This document shows, piece after piece, positions 1 through 9,328 of a DNA stretch of 64,000 nt; position 1 is the first letter of the stretch, and each line of letters opens with the position of its first letter. The position numbers were made by a program, and so were the translations under genes. The stretch comes from Lachnospiraceae bacterium (GTDB lineage: Bacteria > Bacillota > Clostridia > Lachnospirales > Lachnospiraceae), in NCBI GenBank assembly GCA_019423745.1, contig JAHZAV010000010.1, positions 4,727 to 68,726 on the forward strand, read 5' to 3'. Below the pieces are notes generated by a model. It did not search any database. It had not been told where the DNA came from and saw only the letters and a list, made by a program, of their open reading frames with translations.

Positions 1-2580
1 AACCGCCAGCTGAAATCATTTCAGTGTGAGAAAGAAGAAATTTCCGGAGAACTCAAGGAGAAAAAGAAAGCAGAGGAAGAGGCAGGCCAGGCTTTGATAC
101 AGGTACAAAGCAGGATTGTCTCTCTTACCGATGAGATTGAAAAATATAAAAATGACATTATAGAAATATTAAATAATCGTGCGTCCACCCGCGCTAAAAT
201 TCAGCGATATGACACGATGATGGAACAAATTCAGGTGCAGAAATCACAGATGCATCAAAGGCTTATATCATCGGAAAGTGAAGTAGTCGTTCAGCTGCAG
301 AGTAAAAAAGAATACGAGGAAAAGTTAAAAGAAATTTCCGAACATATAAAGGCTTTGCAGGAAGAGAACAGTGGCCATGAAAAGAGGATTGAAACTTTAC
401 AAAAAGAACTTTCACAGCAGACGGAAAAACTTAGAATCGGACAGACAGCATATCATCGGGAAGAGTCCCGCCTGGAATCGCTGAAGAATATTACAGAGAG
501 ATATGACGGATATGGCAACAGCATCCGAAAGGTTATGGAACATAAGGATCAGGAAAAAGGACTGCTGGGTGTTGTGGCAGATATTATTAAGGTGGAAAAA
601 GCATATGAAGTAGCGGTTGAGACAGCTTTGGGAGGCAGCATCCAGAATATTGTAACTGACAGTGAGGAAACCGCCAAGAAGATGATAGTTTTTTTGAAAA
701 AAAATCGCTTTGGACGGGCAACATTCCTTCCGCTGACCAGCGTCAGTTCGGGACAGAAATTTATGAAACCCGAAGCGTTAAAAGAGCAGGGGGTTATTGG
801 CCTTGCCAGTACGCTTGTAAAAGTAGAAGAAAAATACAGGGGAATTGCAGATCATCTGCTTGGGAGAACAATTGTTGTTGATACCATCGATCACGGGATT
901 GCCATTGCAAGAAAATATCACCAGAGTCTGCGTCTTGTAACGACAGAGGGTGAACTTTTAAGTCCTGGCGGATCTATGACAGGTGGGGCATTCCGTAATT
1001 CCAGCAATCTCTTAAGCCGGCGCCGTGAGATAGAAGAATTTGAAAAAACAGTGCGGCAGCTTAAAAAAGAAACGGACGAGATGGAACATTACTGCGAAGG
1101 GTTGCGAAAAGAAAGGACAGAGTGTTATGCAGCTGTTGATGACATTCAGCAAAAACTGCAGAAGGCTTATGTTATTCAAAATACGGCCAAAATGAATCTG
1201 GAACAGGCAGAAAACAGAATCCAGATGCTTAGACAAACTTCAGAAAATGTTCGGCGGGAAACAGATGAACTGGATCAACAGATTACAGACATTAGCAATA
1301 ATCAGGAATCTATTACAGTAGAACTGGATACTTCCACAAGTTTGGAAGAAGAACTTACAAGAAAAACAGAAGAAGCACAGAGACAACTTGAAATAGAAAA
1401 ACAAGAAGAGACAAAATGTCAGAAAATTTCAGAAGAAGTACATCTTGCATATGCATCTCTGGAACAGAAGAATACATTTATTCTGGAAAATACCGAGCGA
1501 ATTCAAGAGGAAATTGCCAAATTTGAAGAAGAAAAAAGCGGACTTGACGAAAGTAAGGAAGATACTTCTAGAGAGATTCGTGATAAAGAAGAACAAATTG
1601 CAGATATTCGTAAGACAATCGAAAATTCGAAAGAACTTTTTCAAGAGATTGAAGAACAGATTCAGGCTGATGTGCAGCAAAGAGATGAATTAAACAGGCA
1701 GCATAAGAGTTTCTTGGGAAAAAGGGAAGAACTCTCTAGACATATGTCAGATCTGGATAAAGAAATCTTCCGTCTGGAAAGTCGGAAGGAAGGATATGAA
1801 CAGGCATCTGAAAAGCAAATCAATTACATGTGGGATGAATATGAAATTACCTACAATCATGCACTTGAACTTAGGGATAAAAATCTGACTGATCTTGCAT
1901 TTATGAGAAAACGTACACAAACATTAAAAAATGAAATTCGCGCATTAGGTTCAGTTAACGTTAACGCAATTGAGGATTATAAAAATGTATCAGAACGATA
2001 TGAATTTCTTAAGGGCCAGCATGATGATTTGACAACAGCAGAGGCTACATTGGAAAAAATCATTGCAGAGCTGGATGAAGCTATGCGGCGACAGTTTACA
2101 GAACAGTTTGCCCGGATTGCAGCAGAATTTGATAAAGTATTTAAAGAACTGTTCGGTGGGGGAAAAGGGACCTTGGAATTGATGGAGGATGAAGATATAC
2201 TGGAAGCGGGCATTAAAATTATCGCACAGCCTCCTGGCAAGAAATTGCAGAATATGATGCAGCTGTCAGGTGGTGAAAAAGCGTTAACAGCAATATCACT
2301 TTTGTTTGCTATACAGAATCTGAAGCCTTCTCCATTTTGTCTGTTAGATGAGATTGAGGCGGCTCTTGATGATTCCAATGTTACTCGTTTTGCAAAATAT
2401 CTTCATAAATTGACGAAGAATACACAGTTTATTGTTATTACCCACCGCCGTGGGACTATGACAGCTGCGGACCGTCTGTATGGAATTACCATGCAGGAGA
2501 AGGGGATTTCGACCATGGTTTCTGTCAGTCTTCTTGAAAACGAGCTGGCGGAGATGGAGAAGCAGCATAAGACAGGATAA
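1..2580 (+). CDS. smc: Chromosome segregation ATPase SMC (5' end outside the window)
   Basis: Frame 1 is open from base 1; coiled coils, hinge (GRATFLPL, GGSMTGG), signature LSGGEKAL, Walker B LLDEIEAALD, FIVITH. N-terminal Walker A is not in the window. Confidence 0.97.
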   Translation, partial: NRQLKSFQCEKEEISGELKEKKKAEEEAGQALIQVQSRIVSLTDEIEKYKNDIIEILNNRASTRAKIQRYDTMMEQIQVQKSQMHQRLISSESEVVVQLQSKKEYEEKLKEISEHIKALQEENSGHEKRIETLQKELSQQTEKLRIGQTAYHREESRLESLKNITERYDGYGNSIRKVMEHKDQEKGLLGVVADIIKVEKAYEVAVETALGGSIQNIVTDSEETAKKMIVFLKKNRFGRATFLPLTSVSSGQKFMKPEALKEQGVIGLASTLVKVEEKYRGIADHLLGRTIVVDTIDHGIAIARKYHQSLRLVTTEGELLSPGGSMTGGAFRNSSNLLSRRREIEEFEKTVRQLKKETDEMEHYCEGLRKERTECYAAVDDIQQKLQKAYVIQNTAKMNLEQAENRIQMLRQTSENVRRETDELDQQITDISNNQESITVELDTSTSLEEELTRKTEEAQRQLEIEKQEETKCQKISEEVHLAYASLEQKNTFILENTERIQEEIAKFEEEKSGLDESKEDTSREIRDKEEQIADIRKTIENSKELFQEIEEQIQADVQQRDELNRQHKSFLGKREELSRHMSDLDKEIFRLESRKEGYEQASEKQINYMWDEYEITYNHALELRDKNLTDLAFMRKRTQTLKNEIRALGSVNVNAIEDYKNVSERYEFLKGQHDDLTTAEATLEKIIAELDEAMRRQFTEQFARIAAEFDKVFKELFGGGKGTLELMEDEDILEAGIKIIAQPPGKKLQNMMQLSGGEKALTAISLLFAIQNLKPSPFCLLDEIEAALDDSNVTRFAKYLHKLTKNTQFIVITHRRGTMTAADRLYGITMQEKGISTMVSVSLLENELAEMEKQHKTG

Positions 2581-2599
2581 GAAGGGGGAAAAGAAGGAA

Positions 2600-3538
2600 A
2601 TGGCAGAGGAAAAAGGATTTTTTAAACGCCTGGTATCGGGACTTGCCAAAACAAGAGAAAATATTGTATCCGGTATGGACAGTATATTTCATGGCTTTTC
2701 CTGTATTGATGAGGAGTTTTATGAAGAATTAGAAGAAGTCTTGATTATGGGAGACTTAGGCGTACAGGCAACAGAAGATGTTTTGGATGATTTGCGTGTT
2801 AAGGTTAAAGAACGTCGTATCAAAGAGCCGGAAGAATGCCGGCAGATTTTGATTGACAGTATTAAGGAGCAAATGGATGTAGGCAAGACAGCTTACGAGT
2901 TTGAGGAAAAGACTTCTTTTGTTATGGTAGTAGGAGTCAATGGTGTAGGGAAGACAACTACTATTGGAAAATTAGCAGGAAAACTGCGGGCTCAAAACAA
3001 GAAAGTTGTATTAGCAGCAGCTGATACGTTTCGTGCGGCGGCGGGAGAACAATTGAAAGAATGGGCCAATCGGGCGCAGGCAGAGCTGATCGGCGGTCAG
3101 GAAGGATCGGATCCGGCTGCCGTTGTCTATGACGCTGTTCAGGCTGCAAAAGCAAGGCATGCAGATGTACTTTTGTGTGACACAGCGGGACGACTTCACA
3201 ATAAGAAAAACTTGATGGAAGAGCTACGGAAAATGAACCGCATAGTAGACAGGGAATATCCGGAAGCTTTTCGTGAAACACTGGTTGTTTTAGATGCCAC
3301 AACCGGACAGAATGCACTTCAGCAGGCCAGAGAATTTAAAGAAGTTGCAGATATTACCGGTATTATTCTTACAAAGATGGATGGAACTGCTAAAGGTGGA
3401 ATTGCAGTAGCCATTCAGGCAGAGCTTGGTATTCCAGTAAAATATATTGGGGTAGGAGAGACAATTGAGGATCTTCAGAAATTTGATGCAGATACATTTG
3501 TAGACGCACTTTTTACATTACCAAAGGAAGAAGAATAA
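2600..3538 (+). CDS. ftsY: Signal recognition particle receptor FtsY
   Basis: GVNGVGKTTT, DTFRAAA, DTAGR, TKMDGTAKGG; ATG at 2600 after AAGGA; conserved smc-ftsY order. Confidence 0.96.
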   Translation: MAEEKGFFKRLVSGLAKTRENIVSGMDSIFHGFSCIDEEFYEELEEVLIMGDLGVQATEDVLDDLRVKVKERRIKEPEECRQILIDSIKEQMDVGKTAYEFEEKTSFVMVVGVNGVGKTTTIGKLAGKLRAQNKKVVLAAADTFRAAAGEQLKEWANRAQAELIGGQEGSDPAAVVYDAVQAAKARHADVLLCDTAGRLHNKKNLMEELRKMNRIVDREYPEAFRETLVVLDATTGQNALQQAREFKEVADITGIILTKMDGTAKGGIAVAIQAELGIPVKYIGVGETIEDLQKFDADTFVDALFTLPKEEE

Positions 3539-3557
3539 AGAAAGGCAGGAGAGAAAA

Positions 3558-4778
3558 ATGGAAAAACTGACATTGGAAAATTTTGAGCAGGCAAGTGAGC
3601 TTGTAAAGAAGGTAACCCTTCCCACAGAGCTGGTGTATAGTGAACATCTTAGTCGACAGACAGGCGGGAAGATTTATCTGAAACCGGAGAATATGCAATA
3701 CACCGGAGCTTATAAGGTGAGAGGCGCTTATTATAAGATCAGCACTATGTCAGAAGAAGAAAGGGAAAGAGGGCTGATTACAGCTTCTGCCGGAAATCAT
3801 GCCCAGGGTGTTGCCTTTGCGGCACAGAAATTCGGCTGCAAAGCAACAATCGTGATGCCTACTGTGACCCCTCTTATTAAAGTGAACCGGACGAAGAGCT
3901 ATGGGGCTGAAGTAGTGCTCCATGGAGATGTTTATGATGATGCTTGTGCATATGCTTTGAAATTAGCAGAAGAGGAGGGACTGACTTTCGTTCATCCGTT
4001 TGATGATCTTGAGGTGGCAACAGGACAGGGAACCATTGCTATGGAGATTATTCAGGAACTTCCCACAGTTGATTATATTTTGGTGCCGGTAGGAGGAGGC
4101 GGACTGATTACAGGAGTATCTACACTTGCGAAAATGCTGAATCCGAAAATCAAAGTGATTGGTGTTGAGCCTGCAGCAGCAGCTAGTTTGAAGGCAGCTC
4201 TGGAGGCAGGCGAACCGGTGACATTACCAAGTGCGAATACAATCGCTGATGGTACAGCTGTTAAGCGTGTCGGGGAAAAAGTTTTCCCATATATTCAGGA
4301 AAATGTAGATGAAATCATTACAGTAGAGGATGATGAATTAATTGGCGTCTTCCTCGATATGGTAGAAAATCATAAGATGATTGTAGAGAATTCCGGTTTG
4401 CTTACAGTTGCAGCTTTAAAGAAAATGGATCTGAAAAATAAAAAAGCAGTTTCTGTTCTGAGTGGCGGTAATATGGATGTAATTACGATGTCCTCTATTG
4501 TACAGCACGGACTTATCCAAAGAGACAGGATCTTTTCTATCTCTGTACTGCTTCCGGATAAACCGGGTGAACTGGTGAATGTAGCGACAGCTGTTGCTAA
4601 TGCACAGGGAAATGTTATTAAACTGGAGCATAATCAGTTTGTAAGTACAAATCGTAACGCAGCTGTGGAACTTCGTATTACCTTGGAGGCTTTCGGAACA
4701 GAACATAAACATCAGATTATCAAGGCTTTGGAAGATGTAGGATATAGTCCGAGAGAAATCGGAGCAAAATTGTATTAA
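3558..4778 (+). CDS. ilvA: Threonine ammonia-lyase (PLP), medium form with one C-terminal ACT domain
   Basis: KPENMQYTGAYKVRGA, SAGNHAQG, PVGGGGL, LSGGNMD, ACT motif LPDKPGEL. Confidence 0.92.
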   Translation: MEKLTLENFEQASELVKKVTLPTELVYSEHLSRQTGGKIYLKPENMQYTGAYKVRGAYYKISTMSEEERERGLITASAGNHAQGVAFAAQKFGCKATIVMPTVTPLIKVNRTKSYGAEVVLHGDVYDDACAYALKLAEEEGLTFVHPFDDLEVATGQGTIAMEIIQELPTVDYILVPVGGGGLITGVSTLAKMLNPKIKVIGVEPAAAASLKAALEAGEPVTLPSANTIADGTAVKRVGEKVFPYIQENVDEIITVEDDELIGVFLDMVENHKMIVENSGLLTVAALKKMDLKNKKAVSVLSGGNMDVITMSSIVQHGLIQRDRIFSISVLLPDKPGELVNVATAVANAQGNVIKLEHNQFVSTNRNAAVELRITLEAFGTEHKHQIIKALEDVGYSPREIGAKLY

Positions 4779-4797
4779 AATATAGAAGTTATAGCGG

Positions 4798-4852
4798 AAA
4801 ACGCTTCTCAATGATAGAGGAAGGAAGATTTTGTCATTGGGAAGCGTTTTTT
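4798..4852 (+). terminator. Intrinsic terminator after ilvA
   Basis: AAAACGCTTCTCAATGATAG...TTGTCATTGGGAAGCGTTTTTT hairpin plus T tract. Confidence 0.8.
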
Positions 4853-4853
4853 C

Positions 4854-4888
4854 TTGACTTTAAATGTATAATTGTATACAATTATACA
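4854..4888 (+). promoter_or_regulatory. SigA promoter overlapped by a perfect 24-bp GntR/FadR-type operator
   Basis: TTGACT(4854)-17-TACAAT(4877); palindrome TGTATAATTGTATACAATTATACA at 4865-4888 with TTGTATACAA core; GntR gene in the same operon. Confidence 0.75.
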
Positions 4889-4914
4889 AGAATATTCTAA
4901 AGGAGAGATGAAAA

Positions 4915-6318
4915 ATGGAAGATAGGAAGGTTTATTTGGATAGACACACGAACTTGCTTCAATTGGAGGAGCATATGTATCCTCTGGTAGATGTGGACAA
5001 ACCAAACGTGTTCAGAAATCTGTTCCACTATGATGAGATACCGAAAATTGCATTTAATGACAGGATTGTGCCTCACAGTATGCCGGAAGAGATCTGGATT
5101 ACAGATACAACCTTCCGGGATGGACAGCAGTCTCGGGCACCATACAGCACAAAGCAGATCGTAGATATCTATGATTATTTTCACAGACTAGGTGGACCTA
5201 ATGGAAAAATTCGTCAGTGTGAGTTTTTCTTATACAGCAAAAAGGATCGAGATGCCGTTTATCAATGTATGGAAAAAGGATATAAATTTCCAGAAATTAC
5301 TAGTTGGATTCGCGCAAGTAAAAAAGATTTTGAGTTAGTGAAAGAAATCGGTATGAAGGAGACAGGGATTCTTGTAAGCTGTTCGGATTACCATATTTTC
5401 TATAAACTGAAGATGACAAGAAAGCAGGCCATGGAGCATTATCTTTCTGTTATAAGAGAATGTTTGGAGACTGGAGTTAGTCCAAGATGTCATTTGGAGG
5501 ATATTACGAGGTCTGATATTTATGGATTTGTCATTCCTTTCTGTCTGGAACTTATGAATTTAATGGAGGAATATCAGATTCCAGTTAAAATAAGAGTCTG
5601 TGACACTATGGGCTACGGAGTGAATTATCCGGGAGCTGTAATTCCAAGATCTATTCCCGGAATAATATACGGACTTAGAATTCATGCAGGTGTTCCAAGC
5701 CATTTAATTGAATTTCATGGACATAATGATTTTTATAAGGCAGTCAGCAATTCATCTACTGCATGGTTATACGGTGCAAGTGCAGTAAACTGTTCTTTAT
5801 TTGGAATTGGAGAGAGAACGGGAAATACTCCATTGGAAGCAATGGTATTTGAATATGCGCAGCTTAGAGGAACTCTGGATGGAATGGATACGACAGTGAT
5901 TACGGAACTTGCCGAGTATTATGAGAAAGAAATAGGTTATCATATTCCCTCCCGAACTCCTTTTGTAGGAAAAAACTTTAATGTAACAAGAGCAGGTATC
6001 CATGCAGATGGACTTTTGAAAAATGAGGAAATTTATAATGTATTTGATACAGAAAAATTCCTTAATCGCCCGCCGCTTGTAGCTGTATCCAATACGTCCG
6101 GACTCGCTGGAATTGCTCATTGGATCAACACTTATTTCCATCTGCCGGTAGCGAAGCAGGTTGATAAGAATTCGGAAGTTGTTGCCATAGTAAAGACATG
6201 GGTAGATCAGGAATATGAGAGTGGACGTGTTACAGTGCTGACGGATGAAGAACTTCTCAAGGTAATAGACGATGCATGTCAGAAAACAGGTACAATGCTG
6301 ACAGCACAGGAGGAATAA
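4915..6318 (+). CDS. Re-citrate synthase-like enzyme (IPMS/homocitrate synthase, DRE-TIM family)
   Basis: DTTFRDGQQ, HGHNDF, GIGERTGN, AGIHADG; no LeuA regulatory domain; clustered with icd. Confidence 0.8.
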   Translation: MEDRKVYLDRHTNLLQLEEHMYPLVDVDKPNVFRNLFHYDEIPKIAFNDRIVPHSMPEEIWITDTTFRDGQQSRAPYSTKQIVDIYDYFHRLGGPNGKIRQCEFFLYSKKDRDAVYQCMEKGYKFPEITSWIRASKKDFELVKEIGMKETGILVSCSDYHIFYKLKMTRKQAMEHYLSVIRECLETGVSPRCHLEDITRSDIYGFVIPFCLELMNLMEEYQIPVKIRVCDTMGYGVNYPGAVIPRSIPGIIYGLRIHAGVPSHLIEFHGHNDFYKAVSNSSTAWLYGASAVNCSLFGIGERTGNTPLEAMVFEYAQLRGTLDGMDTTVITELAEYYEKEIGYHIPSRTPFVGKNFNVTRAGIHADGLLKNEEIYNVFDTEKFLNRPPLVAVSNTSGLAGIAHWINTYFHLPVAKQVDKNSEVVAIVKTWVDQEYESGRVTVLTDEELLKVIDDACQKTGTMLTAQEE

Positions 6319-6320
6319 AC

Positions 6321-6974
6321 ATGGAGGAATATCAGGATCAATCTCTTAGAGGAAGAGTGTTCCGCCAGCTTAGAAACGATATTTTATCCGGAGTCTATAA
6401 GGAGCGTGATGAGCTTCGGGAGACTACCATAGGAGAAGAGTTGGGAGTCAGCAGAACTCCGGTACGGGAGGCGCTTCGTCAACTGGAACTGGAAGGGCTT
6501 GTAACGATTGTTCCTAATAAAGGAGCATATGTGACAGGAATTTCCAGGAAAGATGTACATGATATTTATATGATACGTTCCATGCTGGAGGGGATGTGTG
6601 CCAGATGGGCGACTAAATATATTACGGCGGAGCAGATTGAAGAGCTTGAGGAAGTGATCCTTCTGTCAGAATTTCATTTGAAACGGCAAAGCGGTGAGAA
6701 GGCATTGCAGGTGTCAGAATTGGATGGAAAATTTCACAAGGTTCTGTATCAGGCTTCCAATAGTCGTATACTGGAACATGTGTTATCCGATTTTCATAAA
6801 TATGTGCAGATGGCAAGGATTCTTTCTGTAGAGTCAAGAGAACGTGCAGAAAAGTCCATTGAAGAGCACCGCGCTATTTTAGAAGCCATAAAAAGGAAGG
6901 ATGAAGATCAGGCAGAAAGACTTGCTAATGATCATGTGATGAAAGCAATGGAAAATCTTCATATTGAAGAATAA
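6321..6974 (+). CDS. GntR family regulator (FadR subfamily, FCD domain)
   Basis: ELGVSRTPVREALRQLELEGLV HTH; FCD motifs FHKVL and EEHRAIL; ATG at 6321 after GGAGG. Confidence 0.92.
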   Translation: MEEYQDQSLRGRVFRQLRNDILSGVYKERDELRETTIGEELGVSRTPVREALRQLELEGLVTIVPNKGAYVTGISRKDVHDIYMIRSMLEGMCARWATKYITAEQIEELEEVILLSEFHLKRQSGEKALQVSELDGKFHKVLYQASNSRILEHVLSDFHKYVQMARILSVESRERAEKSIEEHRAILEAIKRKDEDQAERLANDHVMKAMENLHIEE

Positions 6975-7047
6975 TTGATAAAAAGCGGTAAGTAATGCAG
7001 AAATATAAATCAGAAATAAATGAAAAAAGAAAAGGAGAATGCAAAGA

Positions 7048-8247
7048 ATGGAAAAGATCAAAATGACCACCCCAATTGTAGAGATGGACGGAGATGAGAT
7101 GACAAGAATTCTCTGGAAAATGATCAAAGAAAATCTTCTGGAACCATTTGTTGAACTGAATACAGAGTATTATGATCTGGGACTTGAACACCGTAATGAA
7201 ACAAACGATCAGGTAACTGTAGACTCTGCAAATGCGACAAAGAAATATAAAGTCGCTGTAAAATGTGCGACTATTACACCTAATGCTGCACGTATGAAAG
7301 AATATGATCTTAAGGAAATGTGGAAAAGTCCTAATGGAACTATCCGTGCAATTCTGGACGGAACCGTATTTCGAGCTCCTATTATTGTAAAAGGAATTGA
7401 ACCTTGTGTGAAAAATTGGAAGAAACCTATTACGATAGCAAGACATGCATATGGCGACGTATATAAAGGCACGGAAATGAAAATCCCGGCACCTGGAAAA
7501 GTTGAACTTGTATATACAGCGGAAGATGGAAGTGAAACAAGAGAACTTGTACATAATTTTACCGGCTCTGGTATTGTACAGGGAATGCATAATGTTAATG
7601 CATCTATCGAAAGCTTTGCAAGGAGCTGCTTTAGCTATGCACTAGATACCCACCAGGATTTATGGTTTGCAACTAAAGATACAATTTCTAAAAAATATGA
7701 CCATACATTTAAAGATATTTTCCAAGAAATTTACGAAAAAGAATTTGAAGAAAAATTCAAAGAAGCAGGAATTGAATACTTTTACACTTTGATCGATGAT
7801 GCTGTTGCACGTGTGATGAAATCAGAAGGTGGATATATCTGGGCATGTAAAAATTATGATGGTGATGTCATGAGCGATATGGTATCCTCGGCATTTGGCT
7901 CACTTGCAATGATGACTTCCGTATTGGTTTCACCAGAAGGTTATTATGAATATGAGGCAGCACATGGAACTGTACAGCGTCATTATTATAAACATCTGAA
8001 AGGCGAGGAGACATCAACCAACTCTGTAGCAACTATTTTTGCATGGACTGGCGCACTTCGTAAAAGAGGAGAGATGGATGGAAATAAAGAACTTCAGGAG
8101 TTTGCTGATAAATTGGAAAAGGCGACAATTGATACAATCGAAGAAGGTAAAATGACAAAAGATTTGGCGCTTATTACAACTATAGAAAATCCCACCGTAC
8201 TCAATAGCGAAAACTTCATAAAAGCAATCGCTGAAAAGTTAGTATAA
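7048..8247 (+). CDS. icd: NADP-dependent isocitrate dehydrogenase
   Basis: [41 protein letters not shown]; start chosen by RBS spacing (alternative 7039). Confidence 0.96.
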   Translation: MEKIKMTTPIVEMDGDEMTRILWKMIKENLLEPFVELNTEYYDLGLEHRNETNDQVTVDSANATKKYKVAVKCATITPNAARMKEYDLKEMWKSPNGTIRAILDGTVFRAPIIVKGIEPCVKNWKKPITIARHAYGDVYKGTEMKIPAPGKVELVYTAEDGSETRELVHNFTGSGIVQGMHNVNASIESFARSCFSYALDTHQDLWFATKDTISKKYDHTFKDIFQEIYEKEFEEKFKEAGIEYFYTLIDDAVARVMKSEGGYIWACKNYDGDVMSDMVSSAFGSLAMMTSVLVSPEGYYEYEAAHGTVQRHYYKHLKGEETSTNSVATIFAWTGALRKRGEMDGNKELQEFADKLEKATIDTIEEGKMTKDLALITTIENPTVLNSENFIKAIAEKLV

Positions 8248-8307
8248 ATGCAATTTGGGACGTAACAAAATTAAACTTTGTTACGTCCCAAATTGCATTT
8301 TATGGTG
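8246..8307 (+). repeat. Palindromic element, copy A (perfect 24-bp inverted repeat; may also terminate icd)
   Basis: AAATGCAATTTGGGACGTAACAAA-attaaac-TTTGTTACGTCCCAAATTGCATTT then TATGGTG; related copies at 48896 and 50832. Confidence 0.9.
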
Positions 8308-8334
8308 TGTAAAAATGTAGAAAGCCCTGTATAT

Positions 8335-8389
8335 TTTACATAAATTTAACAAAAAGGCAGAAACTATTTTTACACAGTTCCTCTATAAT
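8335..8389 (+). promoter_or_regulatory. Putative Pho-box promoter of pstS-ppk1-corA
   Basis: TTTACA(8335)-N5-TTAACA(8346), another TTTACA(8369), TATAAT(8384); matches PhoP-type TT(A/T)ACA direct repeats. Confidence 0.6.
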
Positions 8390-8423
8390 TAGATGAAATA
8401 TAAATTTAAAGGACAGGGGAATT

Positions 8424-9314
8424 ATGAGATTAAGGAAAACGAGGCATATTTTAGGTTTAGTGGGATTGGTATTATTGTTGGGAGGATGCGCCCAATTAAC
8501 TAGTTCTAGTGAATCGGATGGATTAAAGTGGAATGAAATCGAAAAGATTATTCCTGTGACGAGAGAGAACGGCTCTGGTACAAGGAGTAGCTTTGCGGAG
8601 GCTCTTGAATTGAATATGGAGGGTGTGGATGACCGAGATGCAATTACAGAAGCAGCACAGACAGAGACATCCGGGGAAGAGATGATTCGTGCTGTTGAAA
8701 AGGAGCCAGGGGCGATAGGATATGTCACCTACAGCACAGATCTTCCCAGTGAAAATGGTGCGAAAGAAATTGAAGTAAATGGAGAAAAGGCAGAAAATGA
8801 AACAATAGAGAAGGGAAGCTATCCCCTTACGCGTAGCTTATATTTGGCTTATTCGGGTAACGAAAGTGAACTGGAAAGAGATTTCGTAAATTATGTAACG
8901 GGCAAAGGACAGCTTACAATAGGAGAGTTTTTTGTACCCGTAGGCGGGAAAGAAGTTTTTTTATCCAATCAGGCATCAGGAACGTTAATAATTCATGGCT
9001 CTACTACGCTGGCACCAGTGATAAAAGAATTGGCAGAAGAGTATGAGAAAGAAAATACCAATGCGCAGATTCAAGTGGAGGCTTCGGACTCTTCACAGGG
9101 TATTACAGATGTGCTGACCGGAAAATGTAATATTGCCATGGTGTCCCGTGAGCTGTACCAATATGAGTCAGAGGTACTGGAAGTAGAAGTTGTTGCAAAG
9201 GATGGGATTCGTGTAATTGTAAATAAGGAAAATCCGATAGATGATATTTCACTTGATATGTTGGAAAAAATTTATAGCGGAGAAATTAGTAAATGGAAAA
9301 ATACACAGGAATAA
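8424..9314 (+). CDS. pstS: Phosphate-binding lipoprotein PstS-like
   Basis: Lipobox LLLGGC; RENGSGTR, YPLTRSL, GSTTLAP, DGIRVIVNKENP. Confidence 0.85.
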   Translation: MRLRKTRHILGLVGLVLLLGGCAQLTSSSESDGLKWNEIEKIIPVTRENGSGTRSSFAEALELNMEGVDDRDAITEAAQTETSGEEMIRAVEKEPGAIGYVTYSTDLPSENGAKEIEVNGEKAENETIEKGSYPLTRSLYLAYSGNESELERDFVNYVTGKGQLTIGEFFVPVGGKEVFLSNQASGTLIIHGSTTLAPVIKELAEEYEKENTNAQIQVEASDSSQGITDVLTGKCNIAMVSRELYQYESEVLEVEVVAKDGIRVIVNKENPIDDISLDMLEKIYSGEISKWKNTQE

Positions 9315-9328
9315 AGAAAGAGGATAAG

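Noticed and set aside
2480..2599. N-terminal extension of FtsY overlapping smc
   Set aside because: Longest-ORF artefact; the RBS-supported start is 2600. The same applies to the track starts of GntR, ppk1, ABC-F, yebC, GS-like, maf, DUF4317 and scpB.
4915..6318. Calling this gene leuA or nifV
   Set aside because: No leucine regulatory domain, clustered with icd, and a true LeuA is present at 60838.
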